Positions 30,833 to 41,388 are shown, numbered from the stretch's first letter. The stretch: 64,000 nt of DNA from Armatimonadota bacterium (GCA_037444405.1 JBBIML010000006.1:209135-273134); one strand, 5' to 3'. The notes: generated by a model from the sequence alone, not told the origin. A program made the numbers and translations.

Positions 30833-33163
30833 CTACTCCCCACCCTGCAACTGCGCATATTCGGCACGCAGTGGCTCCGCCTGTTTCGATTCGCCCTGCT
30901 CAATTAGCAGGCGAATCAACCCCTCCAGCGTGCGCAGGTGCGCCAGCCGAATCTGCTGTTCGCGCTCCGGGTTGTACAGTCCCAGCTCGCGTCCCATGCG
31001 GTTGAAGGGTAAGGTCAGCTCGCGATAGGCACGGAACACCCCGAGCGCGGCTTCATACTCGGCGCGGGCGCGTGCGGGCGCACCCTGCGCTTCGTAATGT
31101 TGTGCCAGCGCGAGGTGCGCGAAGCCGTACGCCGTCTCCACCATTTCAGGCACGGCGCGCACGCGCCCATAGGGACTGCGCTCCAGCGCCACGATGCGCT
31201 GATAGTATTCCAGCGCGCCGGGTGATAGAATCGGCTGGCTGGGATTGGGCGTCTCGTACTGCGCCAGTTTGAGCAGGGCGGGCAGATTGTTTGGGTCGAT
31301 CTGCAGCACCTGCTCGAAAGCGTTGCGGGCGCGGGTGCGATTGCCCTCACGCTCATAGTACAATCCCAGTTTGTACCAGAATCGGGGCGCGGGCTTGAGC
31401 TGAACGGCGCGCTCCATCAGCGTGAAGGCGGTCTCGCGTCGCCCCAGCATGTAGTAAAGTTCGCCCGCATCCATGAGGTAGTCGGGGTTGTTCGAATCGA
31501 GCGAGCGGGCGACGCTCAGCAGTTCGGCAGCCTGTGGCGCGTGCCCGATGAGCGCGTGGTAGCGTGCCTGGTTCGCATACAGTTCGCCCAGCCCCATGCT
31601 GGCGAGGCTCATTCCGAGCGCGGCGCTTAGCACCAGCGCGGTGCCCCGCCGCTCAATCACGCCTAACGGCACGGTGTACACGCCATCGATGGCTAACGCC
31701 AACCCCAGCGCGAGCAGCCCCATCAGCGTCAGCAGATTCGCGAAGCAGGTGATGTCCGAATCGACACCGTTGTGCAGGGCGCCCGCGATCACGCCCGCCA
31801 CCACGCCCAGCCGGATCGGGCGCCAGTCCGTTATTGATGCCCGCTGCATATGGAGTGCGGAAGCTCCGCTTCCGCGGTCCAAAGAACCTCTGGAGTGCGG
31901 CAGCCCCGATTCGGCTGGTAGTTCAGGCTGGAGCGCGCGGGTTAGCCAGCCAATCCCCATCGCGACCAGCAACAGCAACGCGGGCAGCCCTGCCTCCGCC
32001 ATCAAATCGAGATAGCTGTTGTGCGCCAGTCGGGTGAAGCCGACACTGGCGTAGCGCGGATAGCGCCACTCGAACGCGCCCGGTCCAACGCCCAGAATCG
32101 GGTTCGCCAGCGCCATCCGCAGCGTGCCCTTCCATGTTTCGAGGCGGAACGAACCGGAATGGACATCCTGCGCCGCTGCCTGCGGGGTCAATCGCTGCAC
32201 CGCGGGCTGGCTCAACCACAGCACGGCTGACAGCAGCAGCACCACCAGCCCCAGTCGCAGCAGGAAGTCGCGCGTGAGCAGTCGCCAGGCGAGCGCCAGC
32301 CCCAGAAACGCGGCTGCCCCGCCTGCAAACGCCAGCACGCCCAGCCGCGAGCCTGTCAGCGTTAGTGCACTGAGTTGCAGCCACAGCGCAACGGTCAACA
32401 GCGCGAGCCAGAGGAGGTTGACCCTCACCCCCTGCCCCTCGCCCGCGCTGCGGGCGAGGGGAGTACCTCTCACACCGACCCTCTCCCCGGAGTGGAGAGG
32501 GGTCTGCTCCCCACGGCTCAGGCACAGCAGCACGCCCAGCGTGATGGGCGCAAGCATCACCAGATAGCCTGCCAGCAGGTTCGGATTGAAAAAGCTGGCG
32601 AACACGCGCCAGTTCGCGATCCCAACCCAGCGATTGAGTAGATATTCGCTACAGGCACGCAGGCTGATCAGCGTCGCTGTTGCAATCAGCGCGATCAGGA
32701 TTGTCCACGCGCTCGTGCCCCGCCGCACGACGGCGACCATCGTGAGCATCAGCATCAGCGCTGTGCCCCACTCGGTAAGGCGTCGCAGCCCGTACCAGCC
32801 CGTGCCGTTGACGATGCTGGCGAGCGCGAGCCAGAGTATCAGCCCCAGCAGCGGCAGCAGCACGCGCCCCACCGGCAGGCGCCACATCGCCACATTCCAG
32901 CCGCATGCAAGCAGCCCCATCAGCACCGCGACGCCCACCAGAAACGCGCCCATCAGCGGGAAATCGCCGCTCCACAGCAGTCCATTAACCACCTGTTCTG
33001 GCGCGACGGCACGCGGACCGATATAGAGACCGCCAGTTAGCCATGGCGCCAGCGCCAGCGCACAGGCTTGCGAGCCGACCGTCAGCGCCAGCCAGCGTGG
33101 AAGCTGGAGCGGAAGCCTAATCCGACCGTTGCGGATGCGCTTGCCCGATTCGCTCACTCGCAT
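30833..33163 (-). CDS. O-antigen ligase (Wzy_C) family membrane protein with C-terminal TPRs
   Basis: FFNPNLLAGYL, LTGSR, GVGPGAF, AHNSYL..AEAG; TPR-like C-terminus. Confidence 0.88.
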   Translation of the reverse strand: MRVSESGKRIRNGRIRLPLQLPRWLALTVGSQACALALAPWLTGGLYIGPRAVAPEQVVNGLLWSGDFPLMGAFLVGVAVLMGLLACGWNVAMWRLPVGRVLLPLLGLILWLALASIVNGTGWYGLRRLTEWGTALMLMLTMVAVVRRGTSAWTILIALIATATLISLRACSEYLLNRWVGIANWRVFASFFNPNLLAGYLVMLAPITLGVLLCLSRGEQTPLHSGERVGVRGTPLARSAGEGQGVRVNLLWLALLTVALWLQLSALTLTGSRLGVLAFAGGAAAFLGLALAWRLLTRDFLLRLGLVVLLLSAVLWLSQPAVQRLTPQAAAQDVHSGSFRLETWKGTLRMALANPILGVGPGAFEWRYPRYASVGFTRLAHNSYLDLMAEAGLPALLLLVAMGIGWLTRALQPELPAESGLPHSRGSLDRGSGASALHMQRASITDWRPIRLGVVAGVIAGALHNGVDSDITCFANLLTLMGLLALGLALAIDGVYTVPLGVIERRGTALVLSAALGMSLASMGLGELYANQARYHALIGHAPQAAELLSVARSLDSNNPDYLMDAGELYYMLGRRETAFTLMERAVQLKPAPRFWYKLGLYYEREGNRTRARNAFEQVLQIDPNNLPALLKLAQYETPNPSQPILSPGALEYYQRIVALERSPYGRVRAVPEMVETAYGFAHLALAQHYEAQGAPARARAEYEAALGVFRAYRELTLPFNRMGRELGLYNPEREQQIRLAHLRTLEGLIRLLIEQGESKQAEPLRAEYAQLQGGE
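32422..32502. repeat. Two tandem CCCTCACCC/CCCTCTCCC-type REPs inside the O-antigen ligase CDS
   Basis: CCCTCACCCCCTGCCCCTCGCCCGCGCTGCGGGCGAGGGG and CCTCTCACACCGACCCTCTCCCCGGAGTGGAGAGGGG. Confidence 0.75.
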
Positions 33164-33620
33164 AGCGAAAGACCGCCTTTAGCAGGGGTGACCACTGATA
33201 ATACAGCGTGGGCATCTCGGTGAGCGTCGCCCAGCGTATGCCGTCCGATTCCGAGCCACCGGGCAACGGTTCGATGCGCACCGCCCGCGTCAGGAACACA
33301 GGCGCGACGCACTCGTCGCGCTCGCTCGCTGAGCATGGCTGGAGCCGATAGTAGCCGAGCAGTTCGAGCGTGCCCACAATCGCGCCTGTTTCTTCAAACG
33401 CTTCGCGTCGCGCGGCATCTTCGGGCGATTCGCCCGGTTCCACATGCCCGCTCGGAGCGCAGTAGCCGCGCCCCGCAATGTTCGCCAGCAGGAACCGCCC
33501 GCGCCCGTCGGCAATCAGCACCACCACATAGCGTGCGGGCGCCTCTGGCAGCCTGTCAGACGGCACAAACTGCATCTGACGCCCTGCCCACTCCGCCTGC
33601 AACCGATTCCACTCGCTCAC
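33117..33620 (-). CDS. NUDIX hydrolase
   Basis: Nudix box GHVEPGESPEDAARREAFEETG. Confidence 0.92.
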   Translation of the reverse strand: MSEWNRLQAEWAGRQMQFVPSDRLPEAPARYVVVLIADGRGRFLLANIAGRGYCAPSGHVEPGESPEDAARREAFEETGAIVGTLELLGYYRLQPCSASERDECVAPVFLTRAVRIEPLPGGSESDGIRWATLTEMPTLYYQWSPLLKAVFRYASERIGQAHPQRSD

Positions 33621-34159
33621 GGCACCTCCCGATACCCGCCCACCACCTTGCCCTGCACCCATGCCAGCGGGAATGGACCCCGCTGACGGCTATCGTCCGA
33701 CTGCCCCAGATTATCGCCCACCACATAGATATAACCCTTCGGCACGCGCGTGCCGTTCATCAGCGCCCAGAGACCCCAGTACTGGCGGGGTATTTCCTCA
33801 CCCTCCAGCGCCACGACGCGCTTGATCAGCAGCGCGCCGCCCGGCACCCGAATAACCACCACATCGCCCCGGCGAACGGGTCCAAAAAGCCAGTAGTTGG
33901 TGGTCATCAGCACGCGCTGACCGTCGTGATAGGTCGGCTCCATCGAGTGCCCTTGCACCACCACCACGCGGAAGTTGATGGCAAACAGCAGTGCGGCGAC
34001 GCCGAACACCGCCAGTGTGCCGAAGGCACGCACGATGCGTCGCCTGTACGCCCCGTGCGCATCCATCGGTACCGCTGATGAACCGACGCTCGCCGTCGCA
34101 GGCTGGAGCTGGCTCTCCGCACCTGTGCTGTCCGATGTGCCATCCAGATCGTAGCGCAT
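33617..34159 (-). CDS. lepB: Signal peptidase I
   Basis: GHSMEPT, RGDVVV, LIKRVVA, GDN...SDDSR. Confidence 0.9.
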   Translation of the reverse strand: MRYDLDGTSDSTGAESQLQPATASVGSSAVPMDAHGAYRRRIVRAFGTLAVFGVAALLFAINFRVVVVQGHSMEPTYHDGQRVLMTTNYWLFGPVRRGDVVVIRVPGGALLIKRVVALEGEEIPRQYWGLWALMNGTRVPKGYIYVVGDNLGQSDDSRQRGPFPLAWVQGKVVGGYREVP

Positions 34160-34172
34160 AGGCGATCCCCTC

Positions 34173-35042
34173 TCAATCGGGCATGTAGCGTTCGGCGCCT
34201 GCGGGCGGCTGCCACTTCTCGCGCGGATGATAGAACCGCCACACCTCGCGGGCTATCGCGCGGATCGCCACCTCGCCCTCGTTATCCGGCGTCCAGCGCG
34301 TGTCTTCCGCCTCCCTGGTATAGACCGCCAGAATATATACGCCCGACGGGCTGAACACAATCCCCGTGTCCGAACGCGACTGATTAATCGCGCCCGATTT
34401 GGTGGCTGCCACCACCCACGGGGGCACACTGCTTCCGATGAGGTCGTCATAATACTGGTGGGCGAGGATTCGCAGCATGCGTTCACATGCGGCGGGTGTG
34501 CCCGCGCGTCCCGTGCGAATCGCGTCGAGCAGCTCCACCATCTCGTTGGGCGTGCACATGCCCATGCCCCAGCGGTCGCGCAACGCTTTCAGTTCCTCGT
34601 CATCGGGCGGGTGCAGCATCAGCAGGCGCGTGTGCTTCAGCCCCAGCCGCTGCAGGTAGCGGTTCACCTCCACCGTGCCCAGCCGCCGCGCGAGCATCGC
34701 CGTCGCTGTGTTGTCGCTCACCGTAATCATCAGATGGATCAGCATCTTGACGGGCACTGACTGCTTCTCGCGATAGAACTGGAGCAGTCCCGCTCCATCG
34801 CGCACATCGTCGGGCTGAATCGGGATCGCCTCATTATAGTTCAGCCGTCCCGCGTCGATCTCCTCGAACGCTTTCGCCATGATTGCCGTCTTGATGGTGC
34901 TGGCGGTAGGGAAAATCTCGTCGCCCAGCCGATGGATGCGGTGCTGATGGCGCGTGTGATAGAGGCTGTAGCCCATCACGCCGCGAAACCGCTCACAGAT
35001 TGCGTCCAGTTTCGCCTTCAGTCGTGTCGGGTTGAGTGCCAT
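34173..35042 (-). CDS. Serine hydrolase, class A beta-lactamase-like
   Basis: ASTIK (SxxK), SDNTAT, KSG; no signal peptide. Confidence 0.88.
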   Translation of the reverse strand: MALNPTRLKAKLDAICERFRGVMGYSLYHTRHQHRIHRLGDEIFPTASTIKTAIMAKAFEEIDAGRLNYNEAIPIQPDDVRDGAGLLQFYREKQSVPVKMLIHLMITVSDNTATAMLARRLGTVEVNRYLQRLGLKHTRLLMLHPPDDEELKALRDRWGMGMCTPNEMVELLDAIRTGRAGTPAACERMLRILAHQYYDDLIGSSVPPWVVAATKSGAINQSRSDTGIVFSPSGVYILAVYTREAEDTRWTPDNEGEVAIRAIAREVWRFYHPREKWQPPAGAERYMPD

Positions 35043-35379
35043 CGTCAGGGAGATTGTACCCTGCCTGCCGATGGCACAGCAGAAAGTGGTCATGCCCGAC
35101 ATAGTAATGAACGGAGTAGTCGGCGGGCTTGCACCAGACGATGCCTTTGGGCAGCCGTGCAAAGAACGGCTCCACCACGCGATGCGCCTCTTCCAGCGTG
35201 ATGGGTTGACCGTCCCGACGCGCGACCGCGCAGTGCAGCAGGTCATCCTCGCCTTCGAACTGCACGCGATAGTCGCCGATCAGCCCGCCGAACCGCTGCG
35301 CCTGATCGAGCGTGATGGGTTCCGAGCGCTCTATCGCGTCCAGCACCGCCTCCAGAATGCGCTGGGCTTCCGCCTGCAT
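34993..35379 (-). CDS. Hypothetical protein
   Basis: Protein-like 128-aa ORF filling the gap, GAGG SD upstream. Confidence 0.7.
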   Translation of the reverse strand: MQAEAQRILEAVLDAIERSEPITLDQAQRFGGLIGDYRVQFEGEDDLLHCAVARRDGQPITLEEAHRVVEPFFARLPKGIVWCKPADYSVHYYVGHDHFLLCHRQAGYNLPDDGTQPDTTEGETGRNL

Positions 35380-35395
35380 GGTTTGCCTCAGTCCA

Positions 35396-37606
35396 TCAGC
35401 AACCGTTGCCGAAATTAAACAGCACGGTTAGCAGGTCGGTGTCGTCCACGGTGTTATCGCCGTTGGTGTCTTCGGGGAGAGCGCCCGTGCTGCCGAAGGC
35501 GAACAGCACTCTTAGCAGATCGCCGTCGTCCACGCAGCCGCTGCCATCGACATCACCGCCGATTGCCAGCAGTCGGAACGGCAGCGCCGCTTCGCCGCCC
35601 GGTATGCCATCACCTGTTGGCAGATTTTCAAAGGTCTCGCCATCCAGCGCCAGACCGGAACTCGCCGAACGCACCGTGTCCCGCACGCGCAGGATATAGA
35701 GATCGGGCTTGAGCGAGCCGGCTGGCGTCAGCACCGCACGGCGATTCGCGCTTTCGTAGCTGAAACTCAGGGGGATGTTGCCGACCGTGTTGCCCGACAG
35801 GCTGAAGTCGGCGGCGTTCGCCTGCACCTCGGTCTGGAAATAGATTTTGAACTGCGCGGGCGACTGACTGAGCGTGCCCATCGGCGGCTCCGTCTCCACA
35901 ATCACGGGTGGGCCAGGCTGGTACGCCTCCTGCGTCGCGTCCACCTTCAAAATCCACTCGTCGGGGTCGAACTGCACCGCGCTCACTGTGCCGTTCACGG
36001 GCAGCACATAGTACTGCGTGGCGGCGCTGTTCCAGGTGCGCAGGTCCCGATTCGTGCTGCCAATCGTGGCGCGGATGCCGATGGGCATCGTGTAGATACC
36101 GTAGCTGCTGGACTGCACCTGACGGATGGAGAGCAACAGATAGTCTTTATTGTTCACGCGCGTGCTGCTCCAGCCCCAGCGGTAGCTCGGTGCGCCCACA
36201 CCGTACACCCAGCGGTCGAAGAACCAGCGCATCGACGCGCCGTACACTTCCTCCGCGACGGCGATGAAATCTTCGGTGGTCGCGCTGTTGTATTCGAACC
36301 GCTGACGGTAGCGACTCAGCAGGTCAAAAAAGCGGGCGTCGCCCAGCACCCAGCGCAGCTGGTGCAGCACCCACGCGCCTTTACGATAGCTGAAGTTGGA
36401 ATCGAAGATTTGATTGATGTCGCTGATATCGTAACGGTAGACGCTGCCGTTGACACTGGATGGGCGTCGAGCCTGCATCGCAGCTTTGAGCGCGGGGAAG
36501 CCGCTGCTGCCCGGTTTGAACTCCTCCCAGAGCGCTTCGCAGTAGGTGGCGAAGCCCTCGTTGAGCCAGATGTCGTGCCAGGTGGCGCAGGTCACCATAT
36601 CGCCCCACCACTGGTGTGCCAGCTCGTGCGCCGTCAGCGATTCGCCAAAGCCGCCCTGCCCCGTCATCGTCTGATGCTCCATCCCACCGCCAAATGGGAA
36701 CTGGTAGATGCCGTATTTCTCGTTGAAGAACGGATACAGCCCGAACAGGTCGCTGAAGGTGCCCAGCATCGGGATGCAGCGCTCCCACGCCGCGCGATTG
36801 CTGGATGTGTCGTTTTCAGGGTAGATATAGAACACCACGGGCATCGTGGAGCCGTTGTAGGTGAAGGTGCGCGACCATGTGTTGTAGTTGGTGGCAGCGA
36901 ACGCCACCAGATAGACTGTGATGGGATAGTCATGCCGATAGCGATAGCGCAGGCGATTGTTCGGCAGGTTGTCCACGCCCTGCAGGACGCCGTTCGCCGC
37001 GACCACCATGCTCGACGGCACAATAATCGAGAAGGTGAGTGTCGCTTTGTCGGTATTCTCGTCTTTGGCGGGCCACCAGGTGTAGGCGTACCACGGCTCG
37101 CTCAGCGTCCACACAATGACCGCGCCTGACGAGCGCGTGGTGAAGTTGAACGAGCCGAACCCCCGCGAAACGGGCGTGCCCTGATAGTCCACGCGCAGCT
37201 GGAAGGTCTCGTTCATCGCATACGGCCGGTCGAAGTCCGCCCGCACGGTGGTGATGCCCTCACGCGTGAAGCTGATGGGGCGACCGTCGAGCCAAACCCC
37301 TGTGATGAGCAGGTTCTCACGCAGGCGGAACCGAAATGCGTTCAGCGTGGGCTGCTTCACCACAACGGTCATGACGCAGGTGCCAATCACCTCCTGCGTG
37401 CTGGGGCGCACCTCCAGCGTGAGGTCGTAATGTTGCACATCGGTCAGATTCGGGTCCTGCAGCAGGGAGGTGGGTTCCCATATCGGAAAGGTTTCCGCCG
37501 TAAGCGGGGCGGAGCTATAAGCGCGACTGCAGTATTCATATCGTTCGCCTGCCCAGAGGGTCAGGCACAACGCCAGTGCTAACCCGGATGCCATAATCGC
37601 ACGCAT
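35396..37606 (-). CDS. Secreted M1 family aminopeptidase with Ig-like and C-terminal dockerin-like domains
   Basis: GGMEH, AHELAHQWWGD..WLNEGFA; tail GDVDGSGCVDDGDLLRVLFAFG...VLFNFGNGC. Confidence 0.92.
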   Translation of the reverse strand: MRAIMASGLALALCLTLWAGERYEYCSRAYSSAPLTAETFPIWEPTSLLQDPNLTDVQHYDLTLEVRPSTQEVIGTCVMTVVVKQPTLNAFRFRLRENLLITGVWLDGRPISFTREGITTVRADFDRPYAMNETFQLRVDYQGTPVSRGFGSFNFTTRSSGAVIVWTLSEPWYAYTWWPAKDENTDKATLTFSIIVPSSMVVAANGVLQGVDNLPNNRLRYRYRHDYPITVYLVAFAATNYNTWSRTFTYNGSTMPVVFYIYPENDTSSNRAAWERCIPMLGTFSDLFGLYPFFNEKYGIYQFPFGGGMEHQTMTGQGGFGESLTAHELAHQWWGDMVTCATWHDIWLNEGFATYCEALWEEFKPGSSGFPALKAAMQARRPSSVNGSVYRYDISDINQIFDSNFSYRKGAWVLHQLRWVLGDARFFDLLSRYRQRFEYNSATTEDFIAVAEEVYGASMRWFFDRWVYGVGAPSYRWGWSSTRVNNKDYLLLSIRQVQSSSYGIYTMPIGIRATIGSTNRDLRTWNSAATQYYVLPVNGTVSAVQFDPDEWILKVDATQEAYQPGPPVIVETEPPMGTLSQSPAQFKIYFQTEVQANAADFSLSGNTVGNIPLSFSYESANRRAVLTPAGSLKPDLYILRVRDTVRSASSGLALDGETFENLPTGDGIPGGEAALPFRLLAIGGDVDGSGCVDDGDLLRVLFAFGSTGALPEDTNGDNTVDDTDLLTVLFNFGNGC

Positions 37607-37636
37607 GGTGTTATTATAGCCCACAGCGGCTGGTCA

Positions 37637-39046
37637 TCAGCACAGCTGGTACTCCGGGCTGGCAAAGATGATTTGCAGCGCACCGTTGATGATGCTGGTG
37701 TCGCGGGATGCGAGCGCGTTCAGCCCACCTCTGGACTGGAGATATTCGATCAGCTTGCGACGGGTCTCCTTCTGCAGGCGCACATCGAGCGTCTGTTCCA
37801 GTCGGTCGACGAAGGTCTCCAGGCTGTCAGGCGCGGTTTCACCGACGAGGGTGGCGAGCGTGGTGAGCGCGGGGCGTGGGTTGCGCCCGCGCCCGCCTGC
37901 ACCGACCGCGGGTCCCGTCAACACCTGTGCGAAGCGCATGCGCTCCAGCATCGTGCTGGAGCTGATCCATGCGGTGCCCCAGTCCCAGCCGGCGACGGAG
38001 GGCGGATAGAGCGGCGCCTGCCCCATGCGGCGCATCCACTGCCCTGTCAGGCGCAGGAACGCCAGCAGCACGCGCTGTCCCGCCGCCGCGCTCAGGTTCA
38101 CCTCGCGCAGTCGCTCGCCGATGCCCACCGCCCGCAAAGTGCCAATCACGAACTCTATGGGGCTTTTGATGCGCCGGCGGATAGCCCGCTCGCTCCAGAA
38201 CGGCGCAGACAGCAGCAGCTGGCGCAACAACGCCTTGATCTCGTAGCCTGATTCGGTGAATACCCGTGCCAGCATCGCGACCACCTTCTCGTCGGGCGGG
38301 TCGATGTCGTTGATGAAGTGGCGGTAGAACTTGCGGGCGATGAAGGTGGCAGTGGCGGGATGCTGAACTGCGATTCGCACGATGTCGTCGCCGTTGAAGT
38401 TGCCGCGTTTGCCCAGAAACACCTTTTCGCCCTCATCGTGCTGGGCGCGATTGAACACGAACGCGCCCGTTACGCGGCTAAAGGTCCAGCCCGTGAAGGC
38501 GCGTGCCGCCTCCTTGATGTCCTGCTCGGTGTAGTTGCCGATGCCCATCGTGAACAGCTCCAGCAGCTCGCGGGCGAAGTTCTCGTTCGGCTTGCCTTTC
38601 ACATTCCGAAAGCCGTCCAGCCACACCAGCATTGCGGGGTCGCGCGCCACCTCCAGCACCAGCGTCTGGAAGTTGCCCACGCCCAGCCGCTGGAAGAGCT
38701 GAATCTGCATTAGCATCAGTCGTCCGTCGTTCACTTTGGAGGCGGAGGTGGCGAAATGGTTGTGCCAGAAGAGCGCCATGCGCTCCTGTAGCGGGCGGCG
38801 CGTCACCAGCATGCGGTAGACCCACCAGCCGACGACCATCGGCGGCTGCAGGCGTGGATTATCGCCCTGCAGCAGGCTCACAATCGCGGCGTCGTCAATC
38901 TCTTCTGGCTCCTGATCGTAGCGCAGTAATGCGTCGATGGTGCCCTCGACGCCCAGCGGCAGGTAGCGCTCCAGTTCCGTCTGGCTTGCGCCCAGCCCTG
39001 CTCGCCGCAACAGGTGTGCCAGTCGCTCCCGCAGCGTGCTTTGCAT
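37637..39046 (-). CDS. DUF1800 family protein
   Basis: HLLRRAG, ERMALFWHNHFATS, PNENFARELLELFTMG, ARAFTGW, PPSVAGW, SPEYQL. Confidence 0.93.
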   Translation of the reverse strand: MQSTLRERLAHLLRRAGLGASQTELERYLPLGVEGTIDALLRYDQEPEEIDDAAIVSLLQGDNPRLQPPMVVGWWVYRMLVTRRPLQERMALFWHNHFATSASKVNDGRLMLMQIQLFQRLGVGNFQTLVLEVARDPAMLVWLDGFRNVKGKPNENFARELLELFTMGIGNYTEQDIKEAARAFTGWTFSRVTGAFVFNRAQHDEGEKVFLGKRGNFNGDDIVRIAVQHPATATFIARKFYRHFINDIDPPDEKVVAMLARVFTESGYEIKALLRQLLLSAPFWSERAIRRRIKSPIEFVIGTLRAVGIGERLREVNLSAAAGQRVLLAFLRLTGQWMRRMGQAPLYPPSVAGWDWGTAWISSSTMLERMRFAQVLTGPAVGAGGRGRNPRPALTTLATLVGETAPDSLETFVDRLEQTLDVRLQKETRRKLIEYLQSRGGLNALASRDTSIINGALQIIFASPEYQLC

Positions 39047-39091
39047 AGCGTCCTCCTTGCTATTAGACGCTTCGCAACAGTATCGGTTCGA

Positions 39092-40387
39092 TTACTCAAG
39101 CCCAACGCGCTGGGCGGTGGCTGGCAGGTGGCGCAGGTGATGCTCCAGGTTCAGGCACTCGCGAATCTCCGCTTCGGTCAGCACGGCGCGGATGTCCGCA
39201 TCGGTCAGCAGGGCGTCCAGAAAGGCGATGTTTTCGTCCCACACGCGCGCGGCGTTGCGCTGCACCAGCCGATAGGCATGCTCGCGCCCAAGCCCTTTGC
39301 GAATCAGCGCCAGCATCACATGCTCGCTGTAGGGCAAGCCGCGCAGCAGCTCCAGATTGCGACGCATCTGGTCAGGAAACACCACCAGCCCCTGCAGGAT
39401 GCTGGTGAACTTGGTGAGAATCCAGTGGACGAGCGTGCAGGTGTCGGGCAGGGCGATGCGCTCCACGCTGGAGTTGGTCAGGTCGCGTTCGTGCCAGGTG
39501 CAGACGCTCTCCAGCACAGCGAGCAGGTTGCCCCGCACGATGCGGGATAGCCCGCTGATGGTCTCGCAGTTCCACGGGTTGCGCTTGTGGGGCATGGCGG
39601 ACGACCCAGTTTGACCCTGCGCGAACGGCTCCTGCACCTCGCGAATCTCGGTGCGCTGGAGGTTGCGAATCTCGGTGGCGAACTTCTCCAGCGAGGCAGC
39701 CAGCACAGCCAGATTCGCCATCAGTGTCGCGTGGCGGTCGCGAGCCACAATCTGCGTGGCGGCGGGGTCGGGTTTCAAGCCGAGCTTTGCGCACACATAC
39801 TCCTCCACGCGCGGGTCGATCTGGGCGTGGATGCCGACCGCGCCTGCGATCTTGCCGACACTGATTTCTTCCTTCGCCCGCTGGAGCCGCTCGCGATGGC
39901 GTGCCATCTCGGCGTACCAGCCCATCAGTTTGAAGCCGAAGGTGATGGGTTCGGCGTGGACGCCGTGCGTGCGCCCGATCATCGGCGTGTGCAGATGCTC
40001 CTTTGCCAGCCGTGCAATCTCGCGCATGAGAGCATCGCACGCTTCGATAATCACCTCCAGCGATTGCTTGAGTCGCAGGGCAAGCGCGGTGTCCACCACA
40101 TCGTAGGAGGTGATGCCGAAGTGGATCCAGCGCCCTTCCTCGCCCACATTCTCGGCGAGGTTCAGCACGAACGCCATCACATCGTGGCGGGTGAGCTGCT
40201 CCAGCTCAGCGATGCGTTGGAGGTCAAATCGGGCGCGCTCGCGGATGGCGTGGGACGCCTCCTGCGGGATGTAGCCGTAATGCGCCAGCCCCTCGCAGAC
40301 TGCCACCTCCACCTCCAGCCAGGTGCGATACTTGTTCTCCTCGCTCCAGATCGCCTGCATCTCAGGCGTGGTGTAGCGCTCAATCAT
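39092..40387 (-). CDS. purB: Adenylosuccinate lyase
   Basis: MIERY, HFGITSYD, GRTHGVHAEP, GSSAMPHKRNP. Confidence 0.97.
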   Translation of the reverse strand: MIERYTTPEMQAIWSEENKYRTWLEVEVAVCEGLAHYGYIPQEASHAIRERARFDLQRIAELEQLTRHDVMAFVLNLAENVGEEGRWIHFGITSYDVVDTALALRLKQSLEVIIEACDALMREIARLAKEHLHTPMIGRTHGVHAEPITFGFKLMGWYAEMARHRERLQRAKEEISVGKIAGAVGIHAQIDPRVEEYVCAKLGLKPDPAATQIVARDRHATLMANLAVLAASLEKFATEIRNLQRTEIREVQEPFAQGQTGSSAMPHKRNPWNCETISGLSRIVRGNLLAVLESVCTWHERDLTNSSVERIALPDTCTLVHWILTKFTSILQGLVVFPDQMRRNLELLRGLPYSEHVMLALIRKGLGREHAYRLVQRNAARVWDENIAFLDALLTDADIRAVLTEAEIRECLNLEHHLRHLPATAQRVGLE

Positions 40388-40447
40388 GACGATTCCAGAT
40401 GATACCTGCTACTGAAGCGGCTTCTGGGGTATAATCCCTTCTGTGAG

Positions 40448-41377
40448 GTGAGAGTGATGGTGACGACGACCCCGGTAAAGCGATTGTCGCTGAATGAGAT
40501 GGCGCATCTGAACACAGGCAAGCGCACGCGCCTGTATCGGATGATGTATCAGTTCGGACCTGCGAACGGCACGCTGATGATACTGCCCTACGATCAGGGG
40601 CTGGAGCATGGACCGCGCGACTTTTTCCCCTATCCGCCGTCGGCTGACCCCGAATACATCTGCCAGCTGGCGATTGAGGGCGGCTTTTCGGCGGTCGTGT
40701 TCCAGTACGGCATCGCCGAGAAGACCATCGCGAAGTTCGCGGGGCGTATCCCGCTGATCCTGAAGCTCAACGGCAAGACGGAGATTCCGTCCGACGCGCA
40801 GGCGCTGTCGCCGCTGAACTCGCGGGTGGAGGACGCGGTTCGGCTCGGCGCCGATGCGGTCGGCTACACGCTCTATGTCGGCTCGCCGCGCCAGGATGAG
40901 GACTTCCGCCAGTTTATGGAGGTGCGCGAGGCGGCGGAGCGGTACGGCATGCCGCTGATCGTGTGGTCGTACCCGCGCGGCGAGGCGGTGGAAGCGAAAG
41001 GCGGGCGCGATAGCCTGTGGGCAGTCGACTATGCGGCACGCGCGGCTGCTGAGCTGGGCGCCGATGTGGTCAAAATCAACTTCCCGAAGCTCGCCCCACC
41101 CGAAAAGCGCGCCCTGCACCCCAAGCCGTACAACGAGCTGGAAGAGAGCGACGAGGAGCGCATCCGCCGTGTCATCGCCTCCGCGCCCGGCACCTTCGTG
41201 ATTATCTCCGGCGGCGAAAAGGGCAACGACGAGGATGTGCTGAACAAGGTGCGCCTGTCGATGGAAGCGGGTGCGACCGGACTCATCTTCGGGCGCAACA
41301 TCTGGCAACGCCCCTACGAGGAGGCGATGCGCATCATCGGGCAGATTCGTGACATCCTGCTCCAGTACCCGCGCTGA
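40448..41377 (+). CDS. Class I fructose-bisphosphate aldolase (DhnA/FbaB family); start may be 40457
   Basis: [39 protein letters not shown]. Confidence 0.92.
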   Translation: MRVMVTTTPVKRLSLNEMAHLNTGKRTRLYRMMYQFGPANGTLMILPYDQGLEHGPRDFFPYPPSADPEYICQLAIEGGFSAVVFQYGIAEKTIAKFAGRIPLILKLNGKTEIPSDAQALSPLNSRVEDAVRLGADAVGYTLYVGSPRQDEDFRQFMEVREAAERYGMPLIVWSYPRGEAVEAKGGRDSLWAVDYAARAAAELGADVVKINFPKLAPPEKRALHPKPYNELEESDEERIRRVIASAPGTFVIISGGEKGNDEDVLNKVRLSMEAGATGLIFGRNIWQRPYEEAMRIIGQIRDILLQYPR

Positions 41378-41388
41378 ACACAGAGAGG

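Noticed and set aside
34173..35042. Antibiotic-resistance beta-lactamase
   Set aside because: No signal peptide and no clear class A omega-loop ExxLN; better called a generic serine hydrolase
39007..39021. Sigma-54-like TGGCAC-ACCTG-TTGC on - strand
   Set aside because: Lies inside the DUF1800 CDS and encodes the conserved LAHLLR; probably a chance match, which also shows the motif alone is not proof
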